Assembly (NCBI GenBank): GCA_001829455.1
Contig: MIBH01000062.1
Span: 1-60,833, forward strand
Source: Spirochaetes bacterium RBG_13_51_14
Lineage (GTDB): Bacteria; Spirochaetota; UBA4802; UBA5550
Reading direction: 5' to 3'
Length of the DNA stretch: 60,833 bases
Numbering within the stretch: the first letter of the stretch is position 1; each line of letters starts with the position of its first letter. A program made the position numbers and the translations under genes. The notes beneath the pieces are model-generated. The model was not told the origin of the DNA and searched no databases. It was given only the letters and a program-made list of their open reading frames with translations. Below are positions 45,999 to 55,626 of the stretch, piece after piece.

Positions 45999-46257
45999 CG
46001 AGGAATCTCCTTGGTAATTATGATCGCCATTTTAAACGTATCGGTTATTATGCCAATAAATTATCTTATTAGTCAAATTATTTTTAATCGTATGCATCGA
46101 CCTGATTGAACTGACACCCAGCCCGGATGGCTACACGCAAGTCCCCGTCAGTCCCATGCGCCTGATGAGCTGATGTAAGCATTTTAATGTTTCCGCTCAT
46201 TATTTGACCATAGAAAGCAGCAATTGTTCTCATAAAATATCGATATACATTTAATTA

Positions 46258-46419
46258 CTTGAATTAGGCGAATTTTTTTATTCCCCTCCCTTGATGGGAG
46301 GGGTTAGGGGAGGGTGATTAGAGCAGAATCTAAACCTATTGGCTCCTGTCGCCTGAATTTTACTCCCTCCCCCATCGAGGGGGAGGGAGTTCTTGTATCA
46401 AAAATCGCCTAACTCAAGG
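46258..46419. repeat. Inverted-repeat-flanked element with two CCCTCCC/GGGAGGG hairpins and a G-quadruplex-type motif, upstream of rplM
   Basis: Arms are CTTGAATTAGGCGAATTTTT (46258-46277) and AAAAATCGCCTAACTCAAGG (46400-46419). Hairpins are CCCCTCCC-TTGAT-GGGAGGGG (46283-46303) and ACTCCCTCCCCC-ATCGA-GGGGGAGGGAGT (46362-46390). GGGAGGGGTTAGGGGAGGG is at 46296-46314. Confidence 0.6.
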
Positions 46420-46493
46420 AATTATTTTTATTGACAGAAAAAGGGGTGTATATATTTTAAACCTTCTAAGAATATTATTTATAAGAGAACATT

Positions 46494-46937
46494 ATGAGAG
46501 CGATACAGAAAACATATTCATTGAAGGCGTCAGACATAAACAAGAAATGGTACCTTGTTGATGCGGACGGAAAGGTGCTCGGCAGGCTCGCGTCGGAAGT
46601 GGCGAAAATTCTTCGGGGAAAGCATAAGCCGGAATTTACCCCTCACCTGGACATGGGGGACAATGTGATCATCATCAACGCAGAGAAGGTGGTCCTGACC
46701 GGCAGCAAATCGGAGGACAAGGAATACTTCAGACACTCACAGTATCCGGGCGGCATCAAGTTCGTGAACATCATGAAAATAAGGAAGGACCGGCCGGAGT
46801 TTATCATCGAACATGCCGTGAGGAGAATGCTGCCTAAAAGCAGGCTTGGCCGCAAAATATTCGGGAACATGAAAGTCTACGCCGGCGCCGAGCACCCGCA
46901 CCAGGCTCAGAAGCCGGAACCACTTGATATTAAATAG
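46494..46937 (+). CDS. rplM: 50S ribosomal protein L13
   Basis: KKWYLVDADGKVLGRLASEVAKILRGKHKPEFTPH... is a canonical L13 N-terminus. Confidence 0.95.
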   Translation: MRAIQKTYSLKASDINKKWYLVDADGKVLGRLASEVAKILRGKHKPEFTPHLDMGDNVIIINAEKVVLTGSKSEDKEYFRHSQYPGGIKFVNIMKIRKDRPEFIIEHAVRRMLPKSRLGRKIFGNMKVYAGAEHPHQAQKPEPLDIK

Positions 46938-46946
46938 AGGAATGTT

Positions 46947-47336
46947 ATGGCCAATCGATACTACGCAACCGGAAGAAGAAAAACATCAGTCGCCAGGGTC
47001 TGGCTCGTGCCCGGATCGGGAAACATTACCATAAACAAACAACCGATCAATGAGTATTTCAGACGTCAGACCCTTGAGCTCATCGTTCGGCAGCCCCTCG
47101 AGTACGTGGGAATGCTGGGCGCGTATGACGTGACGGCCAATGTCGACGGCGGCGGATGGTCCGGTCAGGCCGGGGCGGTCAAGATGGGCATTGCGCGGTG
47201 CCTCATTAAGGTAGATGAAAAACTGCGGAAACAGCTTCGCGACGGCGGATTCCTCACCAGGGATTCACGGGAAGTGGAGCGGAAGAAACCGGGTCAGAAG
47301 AAAGCGCGGAAGAGATTCCAGTTTTCGAAACGGTAA
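46947..47336 (+). CDS. rpsI: 30S ribosomal protein S9
   Basis: [16 protein letters not shown]..., [19 protein letters not shown], and C-terminal [12 protein letters not shown]. Confidence 0.95.
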   Translation: MANRYYATGRRKTSVARVWLVPGSGNITINKQPINEYFRRQTLELIVRQPLEYVGMLGAYDVTANVDGGGWSGQAGAVKMGIARCLIKVDEKLRKQLRDGGFLTRDSREVERKKPGQKKARKRFQFSKR

Positions 47337-47359
47337 ATGGAAGTATGACGACGACGAAG

Positions 47360-47396
47360 AAGAGAGGATGCACTGCTGCATCCTCTCTTTATTTGT
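47360..47396 (+). terminator. Rho-independent terminator after rpsI
   Basis: Perfect 12-13 bp stem AGAGAGGATGCA-CTGC-TGCATCCTCTCT followed by TTATTTG. Confidence 0.75.
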
Positions 47397-47408
47397 ACGG
47401 GTTCGGGA

Positions 47409-48059
47409 ATGGCAACGATTGTAAAAATAAAAAGGGCGGATGAATATATCGCGATTGAGCTCGATACCGGAGAGTCGCTGAAGATACCCTCTGCGGTGGA
47501 TGGCATGTACCGCCTGTCGGTGGGTAGAATCATTGACGCGACTGAATACGCCCAGATTAAAGAGGAATCAGAGCGGCACCGTTGCAAATCAATGGCGTTG
47601 GACTACCTTGCCATCGCTCCCCGGTCCGCAGCCGAGATGGAGCGCTATCTCAGGAAGAAGGGGTTCGACCATGGGCATATTCGGGGGATCGTGACCAGAC
47701 TCGCAGAGTCCGGGTACATCGATGACGCCGATTACGCAGCGCGGTATATCAGCAACAGACTGAGCAGGAAGTTCGTCGGGAGAAATCTTCTTTTCAATGA
47801 TCTGCAGAAAAAGGGGGTCCCCCGGAATATCATCAAGAAGGCATTAAAGGAATCCGAGGCCATTCACAGTAATTTCGATGAGCTATATAAAACCGCGGTG
47901 AAGAAGTATGCAAGCTTGAAAAATAAAAAAAACGGCATTTCAAAACTGGACTATTTCCTCCAGAGCCGGGGGTTTGACAGCGACCTGGTTGCGAGCGTCA
48001 TTCATCGAATCCGGAGCGAGGAAAAAAATAATTCGGATGATGATATATTCATTGAATGA
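47409..48059 (+). CDS. recX: Recombination regulator RecX
   Basis: MALDYLAIAPRSAAEMERYLRKKGF plus repeated three-helix modules (GYIDDADYAARYI...). No recA is in the window. Confidence 0.8.
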   Translation: MATIVKIKRADEYIAIELDTGESLKIPSAVDGMYRLSVGRIIDATEYAQIKEESERHRCKSMALDYLAIAPRSAAEMERYLRKKGFDHGHIRGIVTRLAESGYIDDADYAARYISNRLSRKFVGRNLLFNDLQKKGVPRNIIKKALKESEAIHSNFDELYKTAVKKYASLKNKKNGISKLDYFLQSRGFDSDLVASVIHRIRSEEKNNSDDDIFIE

Positions 48060-48064
48060 ATGGG

Positions 48065-48778
48065 CTACGGTAAAAAGAGATCCCTGCGGTTCATGAATTC
48101 CTTGTAAATACGGTAGTGTTCCGTTTCCTCGTATCTCACTTTTTGTACGGGCGCTTCATCAAAACTGAAAATATCCGCGCCCGGCAGAGCGAGGATGATG
48201 GGCGAGTGCGTGGCAATAATGAACTGCGCATGGCCGGCCTGCCCCATATCGTTGAGCAGCTTGAGGAGTTCGATCTGCCGGCCCGGCGAAAGCGCGTTTT
48301 CCGGTTCGTCGAGGAGATAGAGTCCCGTGATTTTAAAGCGGCTCTTGAAAAATGACATGTGGCACTGGCCGTGTGACTGCTCCATGAGCGATTTTCCGCC
48401 GAAATACTGGAGGGTTGCCGGTGACATGGACGCCCATTCATCGAGGTTCACGGCGAAGTTGCGGAAAATCTCGGACGCGAAGAAGGATCCGGGAACCGGA
48501 CCGTTTTTCCATTCCACCGTGATATAGTTATGGAGTTCCCGTTCGTACGGGTTGTAATGAAACCTGGTCCGCGCCATGCCCTCCCAGATATGTATGTTGC
48601 ATTTCATCGCGATGGCCCTGAGCAGGGTGGACTTGCCGGTGCCGTTCTCGCCGACAAATAATGAGACGGGAGCGGAGAGATCGAGACGCTCGGTTAACCT
48701 GAAGATTGACAGGTCGAATGGATAGTCTTCGTTTGACGGATATTTATCAGAGTGAAGCTGTATTCTTTTGAGATGCAT
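48065..48778 (-). CDS. Small stand-alone ABC/AAA-type ATPase (COG3910-like)
   Basis: Walker A GENGTGKSTLLRAIA, Walker B LYLLDEPENALSP, and H-loop-like ATHSPI; 237 aa with no partner gene. Confidence 0.7.
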   Translation of the reverse strand: MHLKRIQLHSDKYPSNEDYPFDLSIFRLTERLDLSAPVSLFVGENGTGKSTLLRAIAMKCNIHIWEGMARTRFHYNPYERELHNYITVEWKNGPVPGSFFASEIFRNFAVNLDEWASMSPATLQYFGGKSLMEQSHGQCHMSFFKSRFKITGLYLLDEPENALSPGRQIELLKLLNDMGQAGHAQFIIATHSPIILALPGADIFSFDEAPVQKVRYEETEHYRIYKEFMNRRDLFLP

Positions 48779-48913
48779 ATATGCCAGCTTGGATGTGACC
48801 CGGAATCAACCGGACGGGGCATTTTTAAATATTTCCTTGAAAAATATGTCCGATAGCATAGTAATTGGCATACAACCTCAGGATACGATTAAACAGGATC
48901 ATAGAGGTATGAC

Positions 48914-51544
48914 ATGCTCACAATAATGGATTTACGCAAGTCATTTATTGAATTTTTCCGGGAACGGAACCACCGGATCGTCCCGTCAAGCTCGCTCGTA
49001 CCGAAAGACGACCCGACCCTTCTCTTCACGACGGCCGGCATGGTTCAGTTCAAGCCGATGTTCGCCGGGACCGCGGAGCTCGAGTATGCCCGGGCGGCCT
49101 CGGTGCAGAAATGCCTGCGCACCAGCGACCTGGAAAACGTGGGCAAAACAAAGCGCCACCTGACTTTTTTTGAGATGCTGGGGAACTTTTCATTCGGCGA
49201 TTACTTCAAGAAAGAAGCCATTGATTACGCGTGGGACTATTCAACGAAGGTGATCGGCTTTCCCGGGAAGAAAATATGGGTTTCGATTTACCAGGAAGAC
49301 GATGAAGCCTTTGCACTGTGGAACGAGCGCATTGGAATTCCGGAGGAGAAGATTATACGCCTCGGAAAAGCGGACAACTTCTGGGGCCCGGCCGGGGATA
49401 CCGGAGCCTGCGGCCCCTGTTCGGAACTCTACATCGACCGCGGCAAGGCGTTTGGCTGTGGAAAACCGGACTGCAGGCCCGGATGCGACTGCGAGCGGTT
49501 CCTTGAATACTGGAACCTGGTTTTCAACCAGTTCAATCAGGACGCACAGGGCATGCTCCATCCGCTTCCCCGCCCCGGCATAGACACCGGCATGGGGCTC
49601 GAGCGGCTGGCGGCGCTGGTGCAGGATGTCGATTCGGTTTATGAGACCGATGAGTTCCTCCGCATTGTCGACTTTGTGTGCGAACGGGCGAAGGTCAAAT
49701 ACAAGGATACAGTGAAGGTGCCGGTCAACATTATCGCGGAGCATGCGCGCGCTCTCACCTTCGCACTGTCGGACGGCGTGTATCCATCCAATGAGGGCCG
49801 CGGCTACGTTCTGCGACGGGTTCTCCGTCGCGCCATGCGGTTCAGCCGCCAGCTGGGAATTACGGAACCGTTCATACACGCGGTGGTGGATCCGATTGTA
49901 TCCATTATGGGGGGCTTTTATCCGGAGATACGGGAATCAGCGTCGAACGTGAAGAAGGTCATCGAATCCGAAGAGAAACGGTTTCTGGAGACCATTGAGA
50001 ACGGCATGGATCGCCTTGAGGAGATCATGAAGGACTGCTCGAAAAAGAAGCGTAAAATCATAACTGGAGCCGATGCCTTTGTTCTGTACGATACATTCGG
50101 ATTTCCTCTGGAAATGACCAGGGAGATCGCGGTCGAGCGCGGTTTTGATGTGGACATGAAAGGCTATGAGGAGGAGATGGAGAAGCAGCGCGAGCGGGGC
50201 AAACAGAGCTGGAAGGCTGCGGCAGGCGGTCTCGAGAGGGCCTTTGAGGAGATAATGAAGAGCGCGGGCGATACGGTCTTCACGGGGTACGAGACCGAAA
50301 CAACCGGGTCCGCCGTGGAGCTCCTGCATGACGGCTCATCGGTGACGGAGCGGCTTGTCGGAGGAAGGGGGCTCATGGTTCTCACGGAGACCTCTTTTTA
50401 CGGCGAATCAGGGGGACAGGTCGGCGATGTCGGATATATAAATTCTTCGAAGGGAGCTTCATTTAAAGTTGAAGACACAAAGAAAATTCATAAAACGATC
50501 ATTCATGTGGGCGAACTCGTGCGGGGAGAATTCGCCACGGGCGACGCCGTGCAGGCCGGCATTGACGTGGTGAACCGTAATCTCATACGGGCGAATCACA
50601 CGGTGACGCACCTCCTGCATGCGGCTCTGAGGAAGGTGCTGGGCACCCATGTGAAGCAGTCCGGCTCCCTGGTGGCTCCGGACCGGCTGCGTTTTGACTT
50701 CACCCACTACAACGCCGTGAGCAGGGAAGAGATCAGCGAGATAGAATCGATCGTAAACCGGAAGATATGGGAGAATGTGCCGGTTTCAACCGAGATCATG
50801 AGCTACCAGGACGCCGTCAGCGCCGGGGCCATGGCCGTGTTCGATGAGAAGTACGAGGACACCGTCAGAGTGGTTTCGGTGCACGGTTTGAGCAGGGAGC
50901 TCTGCGGCGGAACCCACGTGTCCAGCACGGGTCAGATCGGCCTTTTCAAGATATTACGGGAGGCTTCGCCGGGCGCCGGCCTGCGCCGGATCGAAGGTGT
51001 TACCCTGAGGGGAATCCTGGACCGGTACAACAGTCATGATAAAATCATTTCTGAGCTGGTAAAAGTGGTAACCGTCGCCGAATCGGACCTGGTACAGAGG
51101 ATCGAGGAAGTGATGAAGCGCAACCGAGCGCTGGAAAAGGAAATCGAAAGATTCAAGAAGCATAACCTCTCCTCTGGCATGGAATCCATCATGGCCGACG
51201 CGGAAGACGTCCGCGGTACTAAGATAATCTCTCATCAGTTCACGGGCCTCGGCGGGGAAGAGCTTCGGGAGCTGTCGGACGCGATCCGTTCGAAGGAGCA
51301 GAACGCGGTCGTGTTGTTCGGTTCGGACAACGGCGACACGGCCCTCCTCCTGTTTGCAGCGACGAAGGGAGCGGTGAAAAGGGGAATCGACTGCGGAACA
51401 ATAGTCAAGGACACCGTGAAGCTGATCGGCGGGGGCGGGGGCGGCCGGCCGGATATGGCGCAGGCGGGAGGAAAGGAGCCCGCCGGTCTTGATCGCGCTA
51501 TTAAACGGGCGGTGGCCATGGCACGCGATATGATTGCGGAATAA
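48914..51544 (+). CDS. alaS: Alanine--tRNA ligase
   Basis: FTTAGMVQFKP motif, editing-domain HTVTHLLHAALR, and C-terminal GGGGGGRPDMAQAGG. AGAGGT SD lies before the ATG at 48914. Confidence 0.95.
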   Translation: MLTIMDLRKSFIEFFRERNHRIVPSSSLVPKDDPTLLFTTAGMVQFKPMFAGTAELEYARAASVQKCLRTSDLENVGKTKRHLTFFEMLGNFSFGDYFKKEAIDYAWDYSTKVIGFPGKKIWVSIYQEDDEAFALWNERIGIPEEKIIRLGKADNFWGPAGDTGACGPCSELYIDRGKAFGCGKPDCRPGCDCERFLEYWNLVFNQFNQDAQGMLHPLPRPGIDTGMGLERLAALVQDVDSVYETDEFLRIVDFVCERAKVKYKDTVKVPVNIIAEHARALTFALSDGVYPSNEGRGYVLRRVLRRAMRFSRQLGITEPFIHAVVDPIVSIMGGFYPEIRESASNVKKVIESEEKRFLETIENGMDRLEEIMKDCSKKKRKIITGADAFVLYDTFGFPLEMTREIAVERGFDVDMKGYEEEMEKQRERGKQSWKAAAGGLERAFEEIMKSAGDTVFTGYETETTGSAVELLHDGSSVTERLVGGRGLMVLTETSFYGESGGQVGDVGYINSSKGASFKVEDTKKIHKTIIHVGELVRGEFATGDAVQAGIDVVNRNLIRANHTVTHLLHAALRKVLGTHVKQSGSLVAPDRLRFDFTHYNAVSREEISEIESIVNRKIWENVPVSTEIMSYQDAVSAGAMAVFDEKYEDTVRVVSVHGLSRELCGGTHVSSTGQIGLFKILREASPGAGLRRIEGVTLRGILDRYNSHDKIISELVKVVTVAESDLVQRIEEVMKRNRALEKEIERFKKHNLSSGMESIMADAEDVRGTKIISHQFTGLGGEELRELSDAIRSKEQNAVVLFGSDNGDTALLLFAATKGAVKRGIDCGTIVKDTVKLIGGGGGGRPDMAQAGGKEPAGLDRAIKRAVAMARDMIAE

Positions 51545-51734
51545 TAGAGCCATGCCTCCGCGCTGATCATTATTTAAGCGACATAATTATAAAAAATATT
51601 GACAGGTAAAATTTTCAATATAAGGTTTGCTGCATATTATTTTTTTTCAGCAACAAATCTTATATTTGTTGCGATACATGATACATCAACCTGACCGCGA
51701 ACGAATGTGAGATTATCACTGGTGGAGTATACGA

Positions 51735-52193
51735 ATGAGCAATTATGACAGATATTCGAAATATCTGGTGCGATCGGTAAATCATATATTCAAGCAGTTT
51801 CTTGATGACGCCACAATCGAGGAGGTGTATGAAACCCAGGCGCGGGAGAAAGACCCTCTCGTTGTTGTTGAGATACACGGCACATTGAAGGGCGAGATAA
51901 TTATCAACCTGCCGAAAAGAACACTCGACCGCATTACCATGAAATTCATCAATTCCAATGATGCAAAAACTATCCGGAAATACCACGGTGACGTTGCCGG
52001 CGAGCTTGCGAACATGATCACCGGAACGTTCGCGAATCAGATGCAGTATTTAGAGCATACTATTCGCCTCACCGCGCCTGAGTTCAATGACGATCCCATT
52101 TCCGTCAAGGCCCTCTATGAAAACATAAACCTTTCCTTCAGCTCAAAGTACGGCGGTTTTGATGTCGATTTCTATTTCCGTGAAATGCAATAG
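51735..52193 (+). CDS. CheX-like chemotaxis phosphatase family protein
   Basis: ~150 aa; ...VVEIHGTLKGEIIINLP...DVAGELANMITGTFANQM matches the CheX/CheC-like G-E-x-x-N-(M/I)-x-x-G pattern. Confidence 0.55.
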   Translation: MSNYDRYSKYLVRSVNHIFKQFLDDATIEEVYETQAREKDPLVVVEIHGTLKGEIIINLPKRTLDRITMKFINSNDAKTIRKYHGDVAGELANMITGTFANQMQYLEHTIRLTAPEFNDDPISVKALYENINLSFSSKYGGFDVDFYFREMQ

Positions 52194-52259
52194 AGAATTC
52201 GCTGCGCTGTTTCCCGCTCGGGGCAATGACGGGCGTTCTCGGAACCAAAGGAAGTTCGC

Positions 52260-54032
52260 ATGGCAGCCATTGACGTCATTCTTATCATCATCTATTTTAC
52301 GCTGAGCGTCGCCATCGCCCTTATCATGAGAAAAAGGGCGGGCGGGAGCACGGAAGATTTTTTTCTGTCCGGCAGGAAAATGCCCTGGTGGCTGGCGGGA
52401 ACCGCCATGGTGGCGACCACCTTCGCGGCTGACACGCCCCTGGCGGTCACCGAGCTTGTGGCACGAAACGGTATCGCCGGCAACTGGCTCTGGTGGAACA
52501 TGGTGGCCGGCACCGTGCTCACGGTCTTCTTTTTCGCGAAGCTGTGGCGGCGGGCAAATATCCTGACCGATGTGGAGTTCATAGAGCTCCGATATTCAGG
52601 ACCTTCCGCTGCGTTCCTGCGCGGCTTCAAGGCAGTCTATTTGGGCGTGTTTATGAATGTCATCATCATGGGATGGGTGAACCTGGCAATGGCGTCGATC
52701 CTCAAGATCATGTTCGGCATTGACGACGATCACGTGCTCTGGTACATTATCGGGGCCATGACAATCGTGGGGATCTATTCAGCGATATCGGGCCTCTGGG
52801 GCGTTGCCGTGACCGACCTGTTCCAGTTCGTCGTCGCCATGGCGGGCTGTATCGTACTGGCTTTCGTGATACTGGGCGTGCCTGAGATCGGCGGGGTGAG
52901 GGGCCTGGCCGCTTCGCTGCCGGAACACGTGTTCGATTTTTTTCCTGCGGTGTCGTTCGCTCCTGCCGCGGCCGCAGCCGGGGTGATGACCCTGTCCGCT
53001 TCTGCCTTTATCGCGCATATCGCAATTCAGTGGTGGTCGTCCTGGTATCCGGGCAATGAGCCGGGCGGGGGCGGGTATGTGGCTCAGCGAATGATGTCCG
53101 CCAGGGATGAGCGTCATTCGCAGATTGCCACGCTCTGGTTTGCCATCGCCCACTACGCGGTGCGCCCGTGGCCCTGGATCATAGTCGCCCTGGCGTCGCT
53201 CGTTCTGTATCCTCATCTTCAGTATCCCCGGGAAGGATATATTATGGCCATGCGGGATCATCTCCCGCCCGGTCTTCTGGGCTTTCTTATCGCGGCCTTT
53301 CTTGCTGCATATATGTCCACCATATCGACGCACCTGAATTGGGGGAGTTCTTACATCATAAACGACCTGTATCGGCGCTTTATCCGAAAGGAGGCCGGCG
53401 AGAGGCATTATGTGCTGGTTTCACGAATCGTGACAATAATCCTGGTTATCATCTCCAGCCTTCTCATCAAGGTGATGAGCAGCATCACGGGCGCGTGGGA
53501 ATTTATAATCGAGTGCGGCGCAGGGCTCGGCCTGGTGCTCATTCTGCGCTGGTACTGGTGGCGTCTGAACGCCTGGTCGGAGATTGTAGCCATGATAGTG
53601 CCGATACTTGCCTATGGCATTCCGCGTCTCGCAGCCGGCCTGCTCCGCCCCGGGGAGAACTATGAGCCGTTTGTTAAGTTCCCGGAAAGTCTTTTTTTCA
53701 TCGCCGGTGTGACAACCCTTTCATGGATCATCATCACATTTATTACAAAACCGGTGGAGAAGGAAAAACTGATGAGCTTTTACCGTCAGGTGCGGCCCGG
53801 CGGGCCCGGATGGAGTGACATCAGGCGGGCGTGCGGGAATTGCAACGGCGGGCAGGAACCGCTTTTGCGGCTTCTGGTGAACTGGCTTCTGGGGATTGCG
53901 CTCGTGTACACAGCGCTCTTTTCGATCGGGAAGATTATATTTGCATTTTATTTAACGGGATTCACCCTCCTCGGTATCACCGTGATTCTCTTTGTTGTTC
54001 TCGTATGGCGGCTGAAAGAAAAAGTTGACTGA
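52260..54032 (+). CDS. Sodium:solute symporter family (SSF) transporter
   Basis: ~13 hydrophobic segments with N-terminal EDFFLSGRKMPWWLAGTAMVATTFAADTPL, typical of SSF. Confidence 0.8.
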   Translation: MAAIDVILIIIYFTLSVAIALIMRKRAGGSTEDFFLSGRKMPWWLAGTAMVATTFAADTPLAVTELVARNGIAGNWLWWNMVAGTVLTVFFFAKLWRRANILTDVEFIELRYSGPSAAFLRGFKAVYLGVFMNVIIMGWVNLAMASILKIMFGIDDDHVLWYIIGAMTIVGIYSAISGLWGVAVTDLFQFVVAMAGCIVLAFVILGVPEIGGVRGLAASLPEHVFDFFPAVSFAPAAAAAGVMTLSASAFIAHIAIQWWSSWYPGNEPGGGGYVAQRMMSARDERHSQIATLWFAIAHYAVRPWPWIIVALASLVLYPHLQYPREGYIMAMRDHLPPGLLGFLIAAFLAAYMSTISTHLNWGSSYIINDLYRRFIRKEAGERHYVLVSRIVTIILVIISSLLIKVMSSITGAWEFIIECGAGLGLVLILRWYWWRLNAWSEIVAMIVPILAYGIPRLAAGLLRPGENYEPFVKFPESLFFIAGVTTLSWIIITFITKPVEKEKLMSFYRQVRPGGPGWSDIRRACGNCNGGQEPLLRLLVNWLLGIALVYTALFSIGKIIFAFYLTGFTLLGITVILFVVLVWRLKEKVD

Positions 54033-54091
54033 TACGGCCGCGGGAATACAGTTATTATATACCGGGCTTCATTACAATACGACTTCAGGCA

Positions 54092-55450
54092 ATGGTTGCA
54101 CAGGGAATCGACATGTCGAATATCAGGCAGGATCTTCACGCCATATATTCCGCCGCTATAGCGGCGGTAAATCCCGCAGCGGCCATTCGTGCGCATGTTG
54201 ACCGTATCGGCTCCGCGCTTCAATTGCATTCACGCGGCAGGGTCATAAAAAAAATTGATCTGGATGATTTCAAGAGAATCATCATTGTCGGGGCGGGCAA
54301 GGCGACCGCGGCCATGGCCCGGGCAATTGAGGATATTGTCGGCGACCGGATAGACGCCGGATGCATCTGCGTCAAGTACGGGTATACCGTGCCACTTGCG
54401 AAAATAGAGACCGTGGAGGCGTCGCACCCCGTTCCGGACGCCAACGGCGCGGGCGGCGCGCGGCGTATCATGGGCCTGCTCGCCAGCGCCGACGAGCATG
54501 ATCTTGTGATATCCCTCATTTCGGGCGGCGGTTCGGCGCTCCTGCCGCTGCCGCCGGACGGCATCACGCTCGATGAGAAACGGGAGACCACATCGCTCCT
54601 CCTTAAAAGCGGGGCCGGAATCCACGAAGTGAACGCGGTACGAAAACACCTGTCCCTGATAAAGGGCGGTAACATGGCCCGGGCTGCGCGGCGCGCCACA
54701 ATGATAAATCTCATGATATCGGACGTGGTGGGAGACACCATTGATGTCATTGCCTCCGGACCATGTGTGCCCGACAATTCAACGTTTTGTGACGCGCTCC
54801 AGGTTCTTGAGCGGTACGGGCTCGCGGCCGCAGTCCCGGCATCGGTGCTGGAGCGCATCACGGCAGGCGCACGCGGCGAGGTGGAGGAGAATCCCGGGAC
54901 CGGCAGCCCGGTTTTCCTGAACGTGACGAACCTGATCATAGCATCGAACATTATCGCCCTGGAAGCGGCAAAAGATGAGGCGGCGAGGCTTGGGTACCAC
55001 AGCATCATTCTATCTTCTCTCATTGAGGGAGATACCGGGGACGCCGCCTTCTGGCATTCGCGAATAGCGCGGGAGATAGCGGCTTCATCGAATCCGGTAC
55101 CGGCCCCCGCATGCATTTTGAGCGGCGGTGAAACCACGGTTATCGTTACCGGGGATGGACTCGGGGGAAGAAACATGGAGTTTTCCCTTCACGCGGCCCT
55201 GTTTATCGACGGACATGAGAACATAACTGTGGCGAGCATCGGGACCGATGGAACGGACGGGCCGACGGACGCCGCTGGAGCGGTCGTTGATGGATTGACG
55301 GTGCGGCGGTCGCAGGAAGGGGGTAAGGATATTCATGACTATATCAGGCGAAATGATTCATATCATTTTCACGAGAATCTGGGCAATCTGATCGTCACCG
55401 GCCCGACGAATACCAATGTCATGGACATCAGGATCATGCTTGTCGTATGA
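54092..55450 (+). CDS. Glycerate 2-kinase / hydroxypyruvate reductase-like (DUF4147 + MOFRL)
   Basis: IIVGAGKATAAMA, ISLISGGGSALLPLP, SGGETTV, GGRNMEF and GTDGTDGPTDAAGA motif series. Confidence 0.85.
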   Translation: MVAQGIDMSNIRQDLHAIYSAAIAAVNPAAAIRAHVDRIGSALQLHSRGRVIKKIDLDDFKRIIIVGAGKATAAMARAIEDIVGDRIDAGCICVKYGYTVPLAKIETVEASHPVPDANGAGGARRIMGLLASADEHDLVISLISGGGSALLPLPPDGITLDEKRETTSLLLKSGAGIHEVNAVRKHLSLIKGGNMARAARRATMINLMISDVVGDTIDVIASGPCVPDNSTFCDALQVLERYGLAAAVPASVLERITAGARGEVEENPGTGSPVFLNVTNLIIASNIIALEAAKDEAARLGYHSIILSSLIEGDTGDAAFWHSRIAREIAASSNPVPAPACILSGGETTVIVTGDGLGGRNMEFSLHAALFIDGHENITVASIGTDGTDGPTDAAGAVVDGLTVRRSQEGGKDIHDYIRRNDSYHFHENLGNLIVTGPTNTNVMDIRIMLVV

Positions 55451-55626
55451 TATAAATTTTTCTGAAACGTCATGAATTTCAAATAAATAAATTAAGTTAT
55501 ACGTAAATTAATTCGATATATAAAAAAAATGGTTGATAATTTATATTTTGTTATTTAAATTACCACTACCGTTTGGTATACGGCAGATATGATCTGTTCA
55601 TCGAAGGAAGAACAATATAGTTTTTT

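Noticed and set aside
46084-46200. 38-codon minus-strand ORF (MSGNIKMLTSAHQAHGTDGDLRVAIRAGCQFNQVDAYD) in a GC-richer patch of the lipoprotein/rplM intergenic region
   Set aside because: It has no SD, no motif, and is very short. It could be a gene remnant, but the sequence alone cannot support that.
49241-51570. ORFs of 199-212 aa antisense to alaS (49241-49879, 50954-51553)
   Set aside because: alaS is complete and highly conserved in the plus frame.
54220-55176. 318-aa ORF antisense to the glycerate kinase gene
   Set aside because: It lies entirely inside a gene with strong, continuous family motifs on the other strand. Its product is S/A/R/P-rich low-complexity sequence, typical of antisense frames in GC-rich coding DNA.
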